Shown here piece after piece: positions 28,021 through 37,134 of a stretch of 64,000 bases of DNA (its first letter is position 1; the number at the start of each line of letters is the position of its first letter). The notes under the pieces are model-generated. The model was not told where the DNA came from, did no database searches, and saw only the letters and a program-made list of their open reading frames with translations. The position numbers and the translations under genes are program-made. This stretch comes from a candidate division WOR-1 bacterium RIFOXYB2_FULL_42_35 (lineage in GTDB: Bacteria > Margulisbacteria > WOR-1 > O2-12-FULL-45-9), in the NCBI GenBank assembly GCA_001771545.1, contig MEUC01000002.1, forward strand, positions 3,909 to 67,908, in the 5' to 3' direction.

Positions 28021-30300
28021 TTAAAGGGCGATTAACTTGCCCTTGGCAATTACTTTGTTTCCTGATATTACTTGAAAAATATATACACCGTTGGGTACAC
28101 TTGTCCCAAACAGATCAATTCCATTCCAACTGGGATCATTACTGCCGGCCTTGGCTCCGTTTTCACCAGCAATATAATTCTGCTGCCAGATTAGCGTCCC
28201 GGTTAAATCAAAAAGATAAATACTGGTGTTGAAGTTTCCTTGCAGACTATAATTAAAAGTCACCGTGGAGGCAGAACTGCGCACAAAAGGATTGGGTAAA
28301 GCATAGGCCATTGGCAAACCAGTTTGGGTTTCCGCCGCCTTGGCGGGTTCCGAACTGTTTTGCAGATTAAGTAAAATTGTTTCCAGGCTCGTTGCCCCTG
28401 TTTGATCATAAGCTGTTAATTTTAAAGTGTATTGGCCGGATAATCCGGCTGTTTCCCAGGTTCCCAAAACGCCAGCTTCTACTGTGCTATAAGATTCCTC
28501 ACCATAAGCCGGTAATGGCCGCAATCTTATTTTGGTAAAAATTGTTGGGGAAGCGCCCTGGCCATATTCCAGATAATATTTATCGAAATTAAAATCTGTA
28601 GCTGTTCCGGAAATAGTAACATCTCCGGTAACGGTGGCTCCCGATGTAGGGGTAGCAATCAGGGCTTGGGGCGGCGTGTTATCAATAACTATCGCGATTG
28701 AGGCTTCATCACTAACTCCCGCAACTGTAGAATAGACATTAACTGCAACAGTATAGTTGCCGTCTGTTACAGCTGTTGTATCCCAAGTTGCCAACAAATT
28801 AGCGGTTGCGGCGGTTGTGCTGCTGCCAATACTGGCCACAACACTGCCAGCCTGCAAAGCTAGAACTTCATAACTGCTAAAAGTTTGACCGGCAGCTGTC
28901 CCATAAATTTCTACGCTCCCTTTGATGTATGAATTGGACTCTGGCGAGGCAATTGCTGCGGTTATTGCTGCCAAAGCCTTACTAACATTAATCCTGCCAC
29001 TCCCTAAATCACCTAGGTACGTTGGGTTTTGCGCATCAATATTATCAGCAGAGGTTGTCACTGCATTGGTTATGTCTGCAACAGTCATAGCCGGATATTG
29101 GGCTTTCATTAAAGCAGCTAAGCCCGCCACAAAAGGAGCAGCAAAAGAGGTTCCATTGTTCCCCAAATAATAACTGCCATCCATGGTAGTCGTCATTATG
29201 CTGCTGCCGGGAGCACAAACACTGATCCAACTGCCATAATTAGAAAAGCTTGATTTAATATCGCTACTATCAACAGACGCAATTGCCAGCACTGTATCGT
29301 AACCGGCAGGATAGCGCAGAGAGGTAACGTTGTCATTGCCGGCAGCTGCTACCAGAACGGCCCCATTGTTATAAGCATCGGAACAAGTACTCTGCAGGCC
29401 AGAGGGAGAAGAATTAAAACCAAAACTCATGTTCATCACATCAACATTACGTGAGCTAGCATAAGCAATAGCGGCTTTTATATTAGTATTTGTTCCTGTT
29501 CCACTACTGTCTAAAACTTTAAGCGGCAAGATCTTTGCTTGCCAATCAACACCAGCCACTCCCTTACCATTATTGGTCACTGCGCCAAGGACACCAGAAA
29601 CTTTGGTGCCATGACCAAAATCATCTTCCGGGTCATCATCATTATTAACAAAGTCCCAACCATGCGAGTCAATCTTGGCAGCTAAATCTTCATGGTTAGA
29701 ATCAATGCCAGAATCCAAAACTGCAATAACCACACTGGAAGAACCCGTGGTCTGATCCCAGCCGGACGGGGCCGATATATTTGTTAATCCATATTGACTA
29801 CTGTAATAAGTGTCATTGGGAATAGTCGCATACGCTTGGGCAATCTCGTCTGGAGAAGCTGAGACAACATCAGGATTATTTTGGTATTCCGCTGCTACAG
29901 TTTCAACATTTTTATCTTCAGGAAAGTAAATAACATAGTAATCTTTGAGATGGGTCCAATCTGGTCGGTTTTCTAAAGCCTTGCTATAAAGCTGTTTAAT
30001 TTTATAAACCCCGGTTTTGTAGCTTAAGGCTTGAACCGAATTAGACAGGAACTGGGCTTTATCAACAGAAAAGGCTGTTGCCCCTTGAGGTAAAACAATT
30101 TGTTCCGGTTTAAACTGGACCAAGATTTGACCGGGGGCATAGTCAGCCAGAGATAAAGATGACAAAGAAACCCAAAACCCAAAGATCAAAATCCCCAGCA
30201 AGCTCCAAATCCCAAATCCCAAGTTCCAAATTGCTTTTGATTTTGAAATTGGAGCCTGAAGCCCATTTTGATCTTTGATCTTTGATCTTTGGTCTTCCAT
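28021..30300 (-). CDS. Subtilisin-like serine protease (peptidase S8) with a C-terminal FlgD-Ig / T9SS-type sorting-domain-like tail and the shared extended N-terminal leader
   Basis: Catalytic triad blocks VAVLDSGID (Asp), HGTKVSGV (His), GTSFAAPFVAGLAAL (Ser). C-terminus LPNPF...IYLFDLTGTLIW...PNGVYIFQVISGNKVIAKGKLIAL. N-terminus MEDQRSKIKDQN...NLGFGIWSLLGILIFGFWVSLSSLSLA|D. Confidence 0.85.
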   Translation of the reverse strand: MEDQRSKIKDQNGLQAPISKSKAIWNLGFGIWSLLGILIFGFWVSLSSLSLADYAPGQILVQFKPEQIVLPQGATAFSVDKAQFLSNSVQALSYKTGVYKIKQLYSKALENRPDWTHLKDYYVIYFPEDKNVETVAAEYQNNPDVVSASPDEIAQAYATIPNDTYYSSQYGLTNISAPSGWDQTTGSSSVVIAVLDSGIDSNHEDLAAKIDSHGWDFVNNDDDPEDDFGHGTKVSGVLGAVTNNGKGVAGVDWQAKILPLKVLDSSGTGTNTNIKAAIAYASSRNVDVMNMSFGFNSSPSGLQSTCSDAYNNGAVLVAAAGNDNVTSLRYPAGYDTVLAIASVDSSDIKSSFSNYGSWISVCAPGSSIMTTTMDGSYYLGNNGTSFAAPFVAGLAALMKAQYPAMTVADITNAVTTSADNIDAQNPTYLGDLGSGRINVSKALAAITAAIASPESNSYIKGSVEIYGTAAGQTFSSYEVLALQAGSVVASIGSSTTAATANLLATWDTTAVTDGNYTVAVNVYSTVAGVSDEASIAIVIDNTPPQALIATPTSGATVTGDVTISGTATDFNFDKYYLEYGQGASPTIFTKIRLRPLPAYGEESYSTVEAGVLGTWETAGLSGQYTLKLTAYDQTGATSLETILLNLQNSSEPAKAAETQTGLPMAYALPNPFVRSSASTVTFNYSLQGNFNTSIYLFDLTGTLIWQQNYIAGENGAKAGSNDPSWNGIDLFGTSVPNGVYIFQVISGNKVIAKGKLIAL
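30268..30296. repeat. (AGATCAA)x3-4 heptanucleotide repeat at the 5' end of the subtilase CDS (minus strand)
   Basis: Plus strand tttgatctttgatctttgatctttggtc. Confidence 0.8.
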
Positions 30301-30344
30301 TCAGGTTGAAGTATACCATGATCTAGGAGTATAATAAATTCACC

Positions 30345-31538
30345 ATGAAATTTAATAAGCGAGCTAAAAAAGTTTTCTCCCCCGTTCTGGGCAAGTATTT
30401 TGGTGATTTTGAGATCGACAAAGCTAAAGGTTGTTATCTTTATAGTACCGACGGTAAAAAACACTTGGACATGTCTGCCGGTATTGCTGTATGCGGCACT
30501 GGTCACTGTCACCCACAGGTAGTCGCTGCTGCAACCAAGCAACTCAACAAACTAATCCACGTCTGTATTGGGGTAGCCTGTTATGAACCATACGTTAAGT
30601 TGGCAGAAATGCTGCAAAAAGTTGTCCCGATAAAAAACGCCCAATTTTTCTTTTGCCAAAGTGGCTCGGAAGCAACTGAAGCGGCAATAAAACTGGCAAA
30701 GTATTCAACAAAAAAGCCCGGCATTATTGCGCTAGAAGGCGGCTTTCATGGTCGAACCTATGGGGCCCTTTCGATGACCAGTTCAAAGATGAAATATCGC
30801 GAAGGCTATGAGCCGCTAGTGCCAGAAATTTATCTTGCCAAGCCAGACCTGGCAGAAATTGAAACACTTATAAAGAGTAAACAAATCGCGGCAGTTATAA
30901 CCGAGTTAATTCTCGGAGAAGGCGGCTATGCCGTACGGCCCAAAGAATTTATTACCGGCTTGCGCAAGCTTTGCGATAAATACAATGTGCTCTTGATTGT
31001 TGATGAAGTACAAAGCGGCATTGCTCGAACCGGCAAATGGTTTTTATCTGAACACTATGGCCTTCAACCAGATATTGTTTGTATGGCCAAAGGCCTGGCT
31101 TCCGGCTTTCCTTTGGGCGGCATTGCCGCTTCTGCTAAATTGATGGCCAAATGGTCACCCGGCTCGCATGGTGGAACCTTTGGCGGCAACCCGGTTTGTT
31201 GCGCAGCAGCAATTGCCACGCTAGAAGTAATTAAAAAGGAAAAACTCTTGCAAAATGCCACTAAAACGGGCGCATACCTAACGACTCAATTGAAAAAAAT
31301 GCAAAAGAAATATCCGTTGATAAAAGATGTACGAGGTTTCGGCTTAATGATCGGGGTAGACATTGGTGATTGGGATACTGTTAGCAAAATTATGACTTAT
31401 TGTTTAAAAAATAAAGTAGTAATCATCCCAACTGGCGGCGGCGGCACAGCTCTTCGCTTTATACCTCCGTTGACCATAAAGAAGAAAGAAATTGACCAAG
31501 CCTTAAAGGTTTTTGAGCAAGCACTGAAAAGTTTATAG
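30345..31538 (+). CDS. Class-III pyridoxal-phosphate-dependent aminotransferase (acetylornithine/GABA aminotransferase family)
   Basis: 397 aa; GHCHP, DEVQSG and PLP-lysine region motifs typical of AT-III. Confidence 0.85.
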   Translation: MKFNKRAKKVFSPVLGKYFGDFEIDKAKGCYLYSTDGKKHLDMSAGIAVCGTGHCHPQVVAAATKQLNKLIHVCIGVACYEPYVKLAEMLQKVVPIKNAQFFFCQSGSEATEAAIKLAKYSTKKPGIIALEGGFHGRTYGALSMTSSKMKYREGYEPLVPEIYLAKPDLAEIETLIKSKQIAAVITELILGEGGYAVRPKEFITGLRKLCDKYNVLLIVDEVQSGIARTGKWFLSEHYGLQPDIVCMAKGLASGFPLGGIAASAKLMAKWSPGSHGGTFGGNPVCCAAAIATLEVIKKEKLLQNATKTGAYLTTQLKKMQKKYPLIKDVRGFGLMIGVDIGDWDTVSKIMTYCLKNKVVIIPTGGGGTALRFIPPLTIKKKEIDQALKVFEQALKSL

Positions 31539-31829
31539 TTGTTTAGCAACCCCTTCTACTTCAAGGGTTTCTACATCAAAAATAGAAATAGGGAGAGGAT
31601 CTCTTCGTGCAGCAAAAGCAACAACGTAAGTAATAAAGGTGCCGGTCTTTGTTTCTTTTGCCCCCTGCTTAATTGCTGTAACGGCTCCTCTAGGCTTGTA
31701 CCGTCCACTGCCCGATCCAACAGGAATAACTTCTTTTCCTTTAAAACCTGTTTCCTTTGTGGCTCTTTCCCCAACTTTCAATTCCCCTCTTCCACCAGTT
31801 ATTTTTTTTAAAACTTGACTCCTAAGCAA
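31533..31829 (-). CDS. Hypothetical small protein (98 aa)
   Basis: ORF only; basic, G-rich N-terminus; no family recognised. Confidence 0.35.
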   Translation of the reverse strand: MLRSQVLKKITGGRGELKVGERATKETGFKGKEVIPVGSGSGRYKPRGAVTAIKQGAKETKTGTFITYVVAFAARRDPLPISIFDVETLEVEGVAKQL

Positions 31830-31849
31830 AAATAGTTGAAAATCTAAAT

Positions 31850-32353
31850 ATGGTTAACTACACGGATTTAAGTCAATTAATCGAGCCAAACAATATCAAG
31901 CCAAAGTTTCTCCTTGTCCTCGACGGGATTGAAGATCCTCACAACTTTGGCGCGATTTTAAGGACCGCTGAAACCGCAGGTGTTGACGGAGTAATTATCC
32001 GCAAAAACAGGCAGGTACAAGTTACCGATACCGTCGTCAAAGTATCGACTGGTGCGGCCAACTTAGTCCCAATCGCCCGAGTGTCAAACATTGCCGAAAC
32101 TATCTCGACGCTAAAAGATCAAGCAATTTTGGTTGTAGGTGTTGAAATCGACGGAAACAAGGTTTATAATGAAGCGGATTTCCGGCAGAACATTGCCTTG
32201 GTCATTGGCAGCGAAGGGAAAGGGCTCTCAAGATTGGTCAAAGAAAGATGTGACGAAGTCGTGCACATCCCCATGATGGGCAAGATCAATTCACTTAACG
32301 CATCGGTTGCAACGGGAATTGTCCTGTTTGAAGTTTTAAAACAAAGGAGGTGA
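31850..32353 (+). CDS. SpoU/TrmH-family RNA 2'-O-methyltransferase (catalytic domain only)
   Basis: DGIEDPHNFGAILRTAETAGVDGVII...ALVIGSEGKGLS...NSLNASVATGIVLFE (SPOUT motifs). Confidence 0.85.
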   Translation: MVNYTDLSQLIEPNNIKPKFLLVLDGIEDPHNFGAILRTAETAGVDGVIIRKNRQVQVTDTVVKVSTGAANLVPIARVSNIAETISTLKDQAILVVGVEIDGNKVYNEADFRQNIALVIGSEGKGLSRLVKERCDEVVHIPMMGKINSLNASVATGIVLFEVLKQRR

Positions 32354-32359
32354 AGTAAC

Positions 32360-32488
32360 ATGGCAGAAAAAGTATTAAAGTGTGGTATCAAGAAAGAAAA
32401 GGGCTATTTATATTTCATCGACAAAAAAGGTGATATTTCTAGAGCAGCAATGGCTCGCGGCAGAAAGAAAAAGAAAAAGAAAAAATAA
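32360..32488 (+). CDS. Small basic protein (42 aa), hypothetical
   Basis: GGAGG RBS 6 nt upstream; MAEKVLKCGIKKEKGYLYFIDKKGDISRAAMARGRKKKKKKK; followed by a terminator. Confidence 0.35.
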   Translation: MAEKVLKCGIKKEKGYLYFIDKKGDISRAAMARGRKKKKKKK

Positions 32489-32491
32489 GGT

Positions 32492-32540
32492 TTTCCTAGG
32501 TTGCGGTTAGGATTTAGTGTCTTAACCGCAGCCTTTTTTT
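32492..32540 (+). terminator. Rho-independent terminator
   Basis: GGTTGCGGTTAGG...CTTAACCGCAGCC stem followed by TTTTTTT. Confidence 0.7.
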
Positions 32541-32599
32541 CAGCCCCGTGCCTGAGCCTGCGCCTCTAACAGGAAAAGGAGCAGGAACAGGGTTACGAC

Positions 32600-32685
32600 G
32601 GAGGGGTAGCAAAGCGGTCAAATGCTCCTGACTGTAAATCAGGCGACTTCGGTCTTCGGAGGTTCAAATCCTCCCCCCTCCACCA
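32600..32685 (+). tRNA. tRNA-Tyr (anticodon GTA), long variable arm, encoded CCA
   Basis: Acceptor GGAGGGG/CCCCTCC; anticodon loop cuGTAaa; T-arm GGAGG-TTCAAAT-CCTCC; discriminator A followed by CCA. Confidence 0.85.
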
Positions 32686-32730
32686 CTCCCCCATTCGCAT
32701 TCCCCCCCACTATGGTGCTATACTATATGT

Positions 32731-33951
32731 ATGAAGCATCCGGAACAAGACGATAAGCGCACCTTTTTTGGTTTGGGCATTGCCCCCAAAATCTTAGAGC
32801 TCTTGGAGAAAATGGAGTTTACAACTCCAACCCCTATTCAATATAAAGCTATTCCCATTGGCCTTGAAGGCAAGGATATTATTGGAGTAGCTCAAACCGG
32901 CACAGGCAAAACCCTAGCCTTTGGCATTCCTATGATCCAACGCTTAACCCAAGATAAATCGCTAGGATTAGTGGTTGTGCCTACTCGTGAGCTGGCCATC
33001 CAGGTTGACGAAACAATTAATAAAATTGGCTCTCCCTTTGGCATCAGAACTGCAGTTTTAATTGGTGGGGCGGCTATGTACAACCAACTTAAAGCCTTAC
33101 GTCGCAGTCCTCGCGTAGTCATTGCTACCCCTGGCAGACTGAATGACCATTTAAACCAAAAAACAATTCGCTTAGAAAACGTTAAAGTTTTTGTTCTGGA
33201 CGAAGCAGACCGCATGCTTGATATGGGTTTTATGCCCCAAATTGAGCGAATCATGCAGCACTTGCCAAAAGAGCGACAAACTATGCTTTTTTCGGCCACT
33301 ATTCCCGAAAAGATTGTTAGGATCGCAGCCAAATATATGAAGCTGCCAATTGGGGTAGAGATTGCTCCATCAGGAACTGCGGCCAAAAATATTGCTCAAG
33401 AATTATTTATTATTAATAGGGAAGAAAAGCCCAAGTTGCTGGAAAAGTTGCTTCATGAGTACCGTGGCACAGTATTGCTTTTTAGCCGGACAAAACGTGG
33501 CGCTACTCGCATAACCAAAGGATTAAAAAACATGGGTCACCGTGTAGCTGAAATCCATTCTGACCGCTCTTTAGCACAACGCCGAGAAGCCTTGGATGGC
33601 TTTAAATCTGGCAGATATCGAATCTTGGTTGCTACCGATATTGCAGCTCGTGGTATTGACGTTAAAGGGATTGAGCTGGTAATTAATTATGATCTGCCTG
33701 ATGATTCTGAAAATTATGTTCATCGCATTGGCAGAACTGGTCGCGCTGGTCATGAAGGTCGGGCGATCTCTTTTGCTACTCCAGACCAACGCCGTGATGT
33801 GCGCAACATTGAAAATGTGATGAAGAAGAGCTTGCCGGTGGCAGAACATCCGGAAGTGCCGGCCGCCGGTTTTGAAGTTGCCGCTACCAGAACCTTTCGT
33901 CCTCGCGGCCGTCAGTTTAACCGCTTTCGTGGTCCGAGGAAAAGACGATAG
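32731..33951 (+). CDS. DEAD-box ATP-dependent RNA helicase
   Basis: Q-motif ...FTTPTPIQ, AQTGTGKT, DEAD, SAT, HRIGRTGR; R-rich C-terminal tail. The extended -10 (TGcTATACT) ends 7 nt before the ATG, so the transcript is probably leaderless. Confidence 0.92.
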   Translation: MKHPEQDDKRTFFGLGIAPKILELLEKMEFTTPTPIQYKAIPIGLEGKDIIGVAQTGTGKTLAFGIPMIQRLTQDKSLGLVVVPTRELAIQVDETINKIGSPFGIRTAVLIGGAAMYNQLKALRRSPRVVIATPGRLNDHLNQKTIRLENVKVFVLDEADRMLDMGFMPQIERIMQHLPKERQTMLFSATIPEKIVRIAAKYMKLPIGVEIAPSGTAAKNIAQELFIINREEKPKLLEKLLHEYRGTVLLFSRTKRGATRITKGLKNMGHRVAEIHSDRSLAQRREALDGFKSGRYRILVATDIAARGIDVKGIELVINYDLPDDSENYVHRIGRTGRAGHEGRAISFATPDQRRDVRNIENVMKKSLPVAEHPEVPAAGFEVAATRTFRPRGRQFNRFRGPRKRR

Positions 33952-34025
33952 TTAATAAGACTAAACCTGAAAGCCTATTCTTCGCTTCGGTTTTTCCTCG
34001 TCAACCTGCAACAATCTCTTAAGCG

Positions 34026-34295
34026 CTATGGCAAGGTACGTCTCCCTCCCCAACCTGTCATGCCGGCAGGTAGACTTGACATCACAATCTGTGATTTCAA
34101 GATAGCAAACTCTTCTCTGTTTAACTGAAACATAAAATCTACCGGAAATCTCCCTTGGTTCCGTTTCACTGCTTGGTTAAGGACAAACGTCTTAACCCAA
34201 TACAACTCAGCCAAATCTCTATCCAACATCACCTTCTGCCCTCTAATCAAGTAAATCTTGTTTTCTATGCTTTCAATTGGGATTAGACCTTTCAT
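34026..34295 (-). pseudogene. ORF6N (KilA-N-like) domain protein, truncated after the N-terminal domain (phage antirepressor-like remnant)
   Basis: [47 protein letters not shown]...[16 protein letters not shown] then stop. The usual C-terminal half is absent. Strong AGGAGG RBS. Confidence 0.6.
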
Positions 34296-34465
34296 AATTC
34301 ACCTCCTACTGCGTAGTAGCAAGGTTTTTGCCAGGGGGCAAGAATTGAGGGTTGTTGATATTTTGGGCATCTCGACAAAAATGGCATTGCCGGTTCAGCC
34401 CTAAATGAGGGAGGGTCGGCCGTAGGCTTATTTCATTCACTGTGGTTGAAATTTTTTTGTCTTAC

Positions 34466-35386
34466 TTAAGCAGCCAACCGATAAAAATCAACCGGACTCT
34501 GCCATAAAATAGCGTGTTGTTCTTCTTGAGAAAGGTTTGCTTCTGCGGCTAAACGATCAAAAGCCCCTTGCCCAACACCAACGCTCATATGAGGGAAGTC
34601 ATATCCGCCAAAAGTTCTCCCTGTCCCAACATCACTGATTACCCGACGAAAAGTAGCTCCATTGGTTCGAACAATGTAGGGGTACTCTGTTTCCATCGGA
34701 TAAACGTAGGCTAGATCAAACGCAATTCCCTCAAGACCAATCAGATGAACTCGAACCTCTTCCCAGGCGTCATTGCCTAAATGAGCGGCGACCATTCTTA
34801 TCCTTCCAGCATAGCGCTCATAAATATCAGCAATTTTTTTAGCCGTGGCAACATTAACAGGATCTTTCATTCGGGATCCCATATGCCAGACAATCATCAT
34901 ATCCCGATCAGCAACGGCTTTGTAAAAAGGCTCAAGTCGGCAGTCAGCAGGATCAAACTCTTGAAAGGCTGGCCCAGCCATTGGAATCAATTTAACCCCA
35001 GAGATTAATTTACTTCTCTTGATTCGATCCAATTCTCCCGCTATCTCAACCTGGCTCATTGTGGTAGGGTTTATTGCGCCCAAAGACCTTACTTGACCAC
35101 AACTTTCTTCGTGTTGACCAAGACACCATTCGTTAATGGCAGCAACACCAGCGGCTTTTTTTCCCCTGTTTGCTACGGGCAAATTAACGGCCAACCTAAC
35201 CCCATGTGGCCTGGCATGCTCTAAATAAGCCTTGGCCGTAAATTCACCTGGCAAGTCCGTTAAGTGTGAGGAGGGAATTTGAAATCCATTTTCACCGTAA
35301 AGAACTCGACGTAAATTATTTGTAGCTGCTCCTGATGGATAGATATGGATGTGCGGATCACAAATTCTTCTTTTTACTATAGTCAT
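34466..35386 (-). CDS. Amidohydrolase-2 family (TIM-barrel metal-dependent hydrolase)
   Basis: N-terminal CDPHIHIY metal-binding motif; 306 aa. Confidence 0.6.
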   Translation of the reverse strand: MTIVKRRICDPHIHIYPSGAATNNLRRVLYGENGFQIPSSHLTDLPGEFTAKAYLEHARPHGVRLAVNLPVANRGKKAAGVAAINEWCLGQHEESCGQVRSLGAINPTTMSQVEIAGELDRIKRSKLISGVKLIPMAGPAFQEFDPADCRLEPFYKAVADRDMMIVWHMGSRMKDPVNVATAKKIADIYERYAGRIRMVAAHLGNDAWEEVRVHLIGLEGIAFDLAYVYPMETEYPYIVRTNGATFRRVISDVGTGRTFGGYDFPHMSVGVGQGAFDRLAAEANLSQEEQHAILWQSPVDFYRLAA

Positions 35387-35533
35387 AATTGTTTTTATTC
35401 CCGTTGTCCCATTCCAACTAAAAAAATCATTTTAAAAGCTCCTAAAGTTATATCGAAAATCTTTAAAACAAATTTCAGAAAAATTGAAATTTAGCTTGTT
35501 TTATCGCGACAACTCTTTAGGAGAAATACCAGC

Positions 35534-36058
35534 ATGGCTTTTTTATCTGTTACAACTAGATTGGCCAAAGTAGCAGGGCTTGCACTTAGGCAAGGAGACT
35601 TTCTCATCGCAGAAGCAAGAAATCATTTGTTGTCCCCTGCTAAGCAGGCAGTTCAAAGGCGTATCGCAAAAGCCAAAGCCTTAGCTCAAATTCCTCTCTT
35701 AGAAATGGAAATCGCTCGTCATGATATTGAGGCTAGAATGGCAATAATTGATCGAACCTACACTGCTCCAACCAACCCCTTGCTCCAAACCATTAGCTGT
35801 ATTAAGGACGAACACAGAAGGGCTTTGCCAGCCCAAAAAGTTGCTCAAGAATTAGTGGAGTTACCATTATTATTGGCACTGGCCTACAAAAGAGCCGGTA
35901 AAAATCCCCAGGTTATTATTGACCGTTTTAGCCAGGCTGTTTCTAGTGACACAGATAAACAAGCTAGATACTCACGTGCTATGGAAAGTTTGGTCTGGGT
36001 CTCTTTTGATTATAGCCTTGAAAGATGTTTTGCTTTTATAAAAATAGCAACTATTTAA
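35534..36058 (+). CDS. Hypothetical protein (174 aa)
   Basis: ORF only. Confidence 0.35.
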   Translation: MAFLSVTTRLAKVAGLALRQGDFLIAEARNHLLSPAKQAVQRRIAKAKALAQIPLLEMEIARHDIEARMAIIDRTYTAPTNPLLQTISCIKDEHRRALPAQKVAQELVELPLLLALAYKRAGKNPQVIIDRFSQAVSSDTDKQARYSRAMESLVWVSFDYSLERCFAFIKIATI

Positions 36059-36097
36059 TTGGTAGAAGCATAGGTTGATTTTTTGTATAATTAATCC

Positions 36098-36682
36098 ATG
36101 CCTAAAAAGAAACTGGTAATGGTTTTAGCCTCTGCCTCCCCTAGACGAAAAAAACTGCTCAAAAAGATTGTTAAAAAGTTTAAAATTGTTACCAGCCAGG
36201 TTAAAGAAACTAAAATTAAGGCAAATACTCCATTAGGCTTTGCTGTTAAAGCCGCTTTAGCCAAAGCAGAAGATGTTGCCAAGAAACAAAAGGACGCTTT
36301 AGTTGTTGGTGCTGACACGATTGTTGTTCTGGGCAACAAAATCCTCGGCAAACCTAAAACAAAAAAAGAGGCCGTGGCCATGTTAAAAAGTTTGGCCGGC
36401 AAAACCCATCAGGTAATCACTGGGATTGCGGTGGTTGACACAGAAACAGGAGAAAAGGCCACTGACTATGAAATCACCAAAGTAAAAATGAAGAAGGTTA
36501 CTGACCAAAACATTCTTGATTATGTTGCCAGCGGTAAACCAATGGATAAGGCTGGGGCTTATGGTATCCAGGAAATTGAACAATCGTTTGGCATCAATAT
36601 CAAGGGGGATTATGACAATGTCGTCGGCCTACCGGTCAAGAAATTGAAAAGCCTAATTCAATATGTTAAGGTAAATAAGTAA
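36098..36682 (+). CDS. maf: Maf-like nucleoside triphosphate pyrophosphatase (septum formation protein)
   Basis: LASASPRRKKLL... canonical Maf N-terminus. Confidence 0.88.
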   Translation: MPKKKLVMVLASASPRRKKLLKKIVKKFKIVTSQVKETKIKANTPLGFAVKAALAKAEDVAKKQKDALVVGADTIVVLGNKILGKPKTKKEAVAMLKSLAGKTHQVITGIAVVDTETGEKATDYEITKVKMKKVTDQNILDYVASGKPMDKAGAYGIQEIEQSFGINIKGDYDNVVGLPVKKLKSLIQYVKVNK

Positions 36683-36687
36683 CAATT

Positions 36688-37125
36688 ATGAAAAAACAGT
36701 TCTTAATTATCATCTTCTGCCTAACTTTACTGGGGATCTCTTTTGCCCTGCCCAGCACTAGCGTTGATGGCGTTAACCTAAGAACCGGCCCGGGGGAAAA
36801 GTATCCTGTAAAAATGGATTTCCCCAAATATTATCCACTGAAAATTATTGGTCGTTCCGGAGAGTGGCGCAAAGTAGTTGACTGGCAGAATACCAGCGGT
36901 TGGGTGCACAATTCTATGATCTCTTCCCAACAAACTGCTGTTGTGAATAGACTACGAGTAAATTTAAGGTCTGGCCCTGGTCGCGGTTATCGTCAAGTTG
37001 CTAATTTATATAATGGGTACACCCTGAAAATCATCAAAAAACGTGGTTCCTGGTATAACGTTCTTGTTGTTGATCCCCCAGGCAATACAACCGGCTGGAT
37101 TGCCAGCTGGCTAATTTGGGGCTAA
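36688..37125 (+). CDS. Secreted protein with two bacterial SH3 (SH3b) domains
   Basis: Signal peptide; two copies of VNLR.GPG..Y.V........LKII..RG.W..V. Confidence 0.7.
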   Translation: MKKQFLIIIFCLTLLGISFALPSTSVDGVNLRTGPGEKYPVKMDFPKYYPLKIIGRSGEWRKVVDWQNTSGWVHNSMISSQQTAVVNRLRVNLRSGPGRGYRQVANLYNGYTLKIIKKRGSWYNVLVVDPPGNTTGWIASWLIWG

Positions 37126-37134
37126 AATAGCTCT

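Noticed and set aside
30186-30542. 118-aa minus-strand ORF overlapping the subtilase start
   Set aside because: Alternative frame through the heptamer repeat (the 7-nt periodicity makes all frames look peptide-like). The subtilase frame has full domain support.
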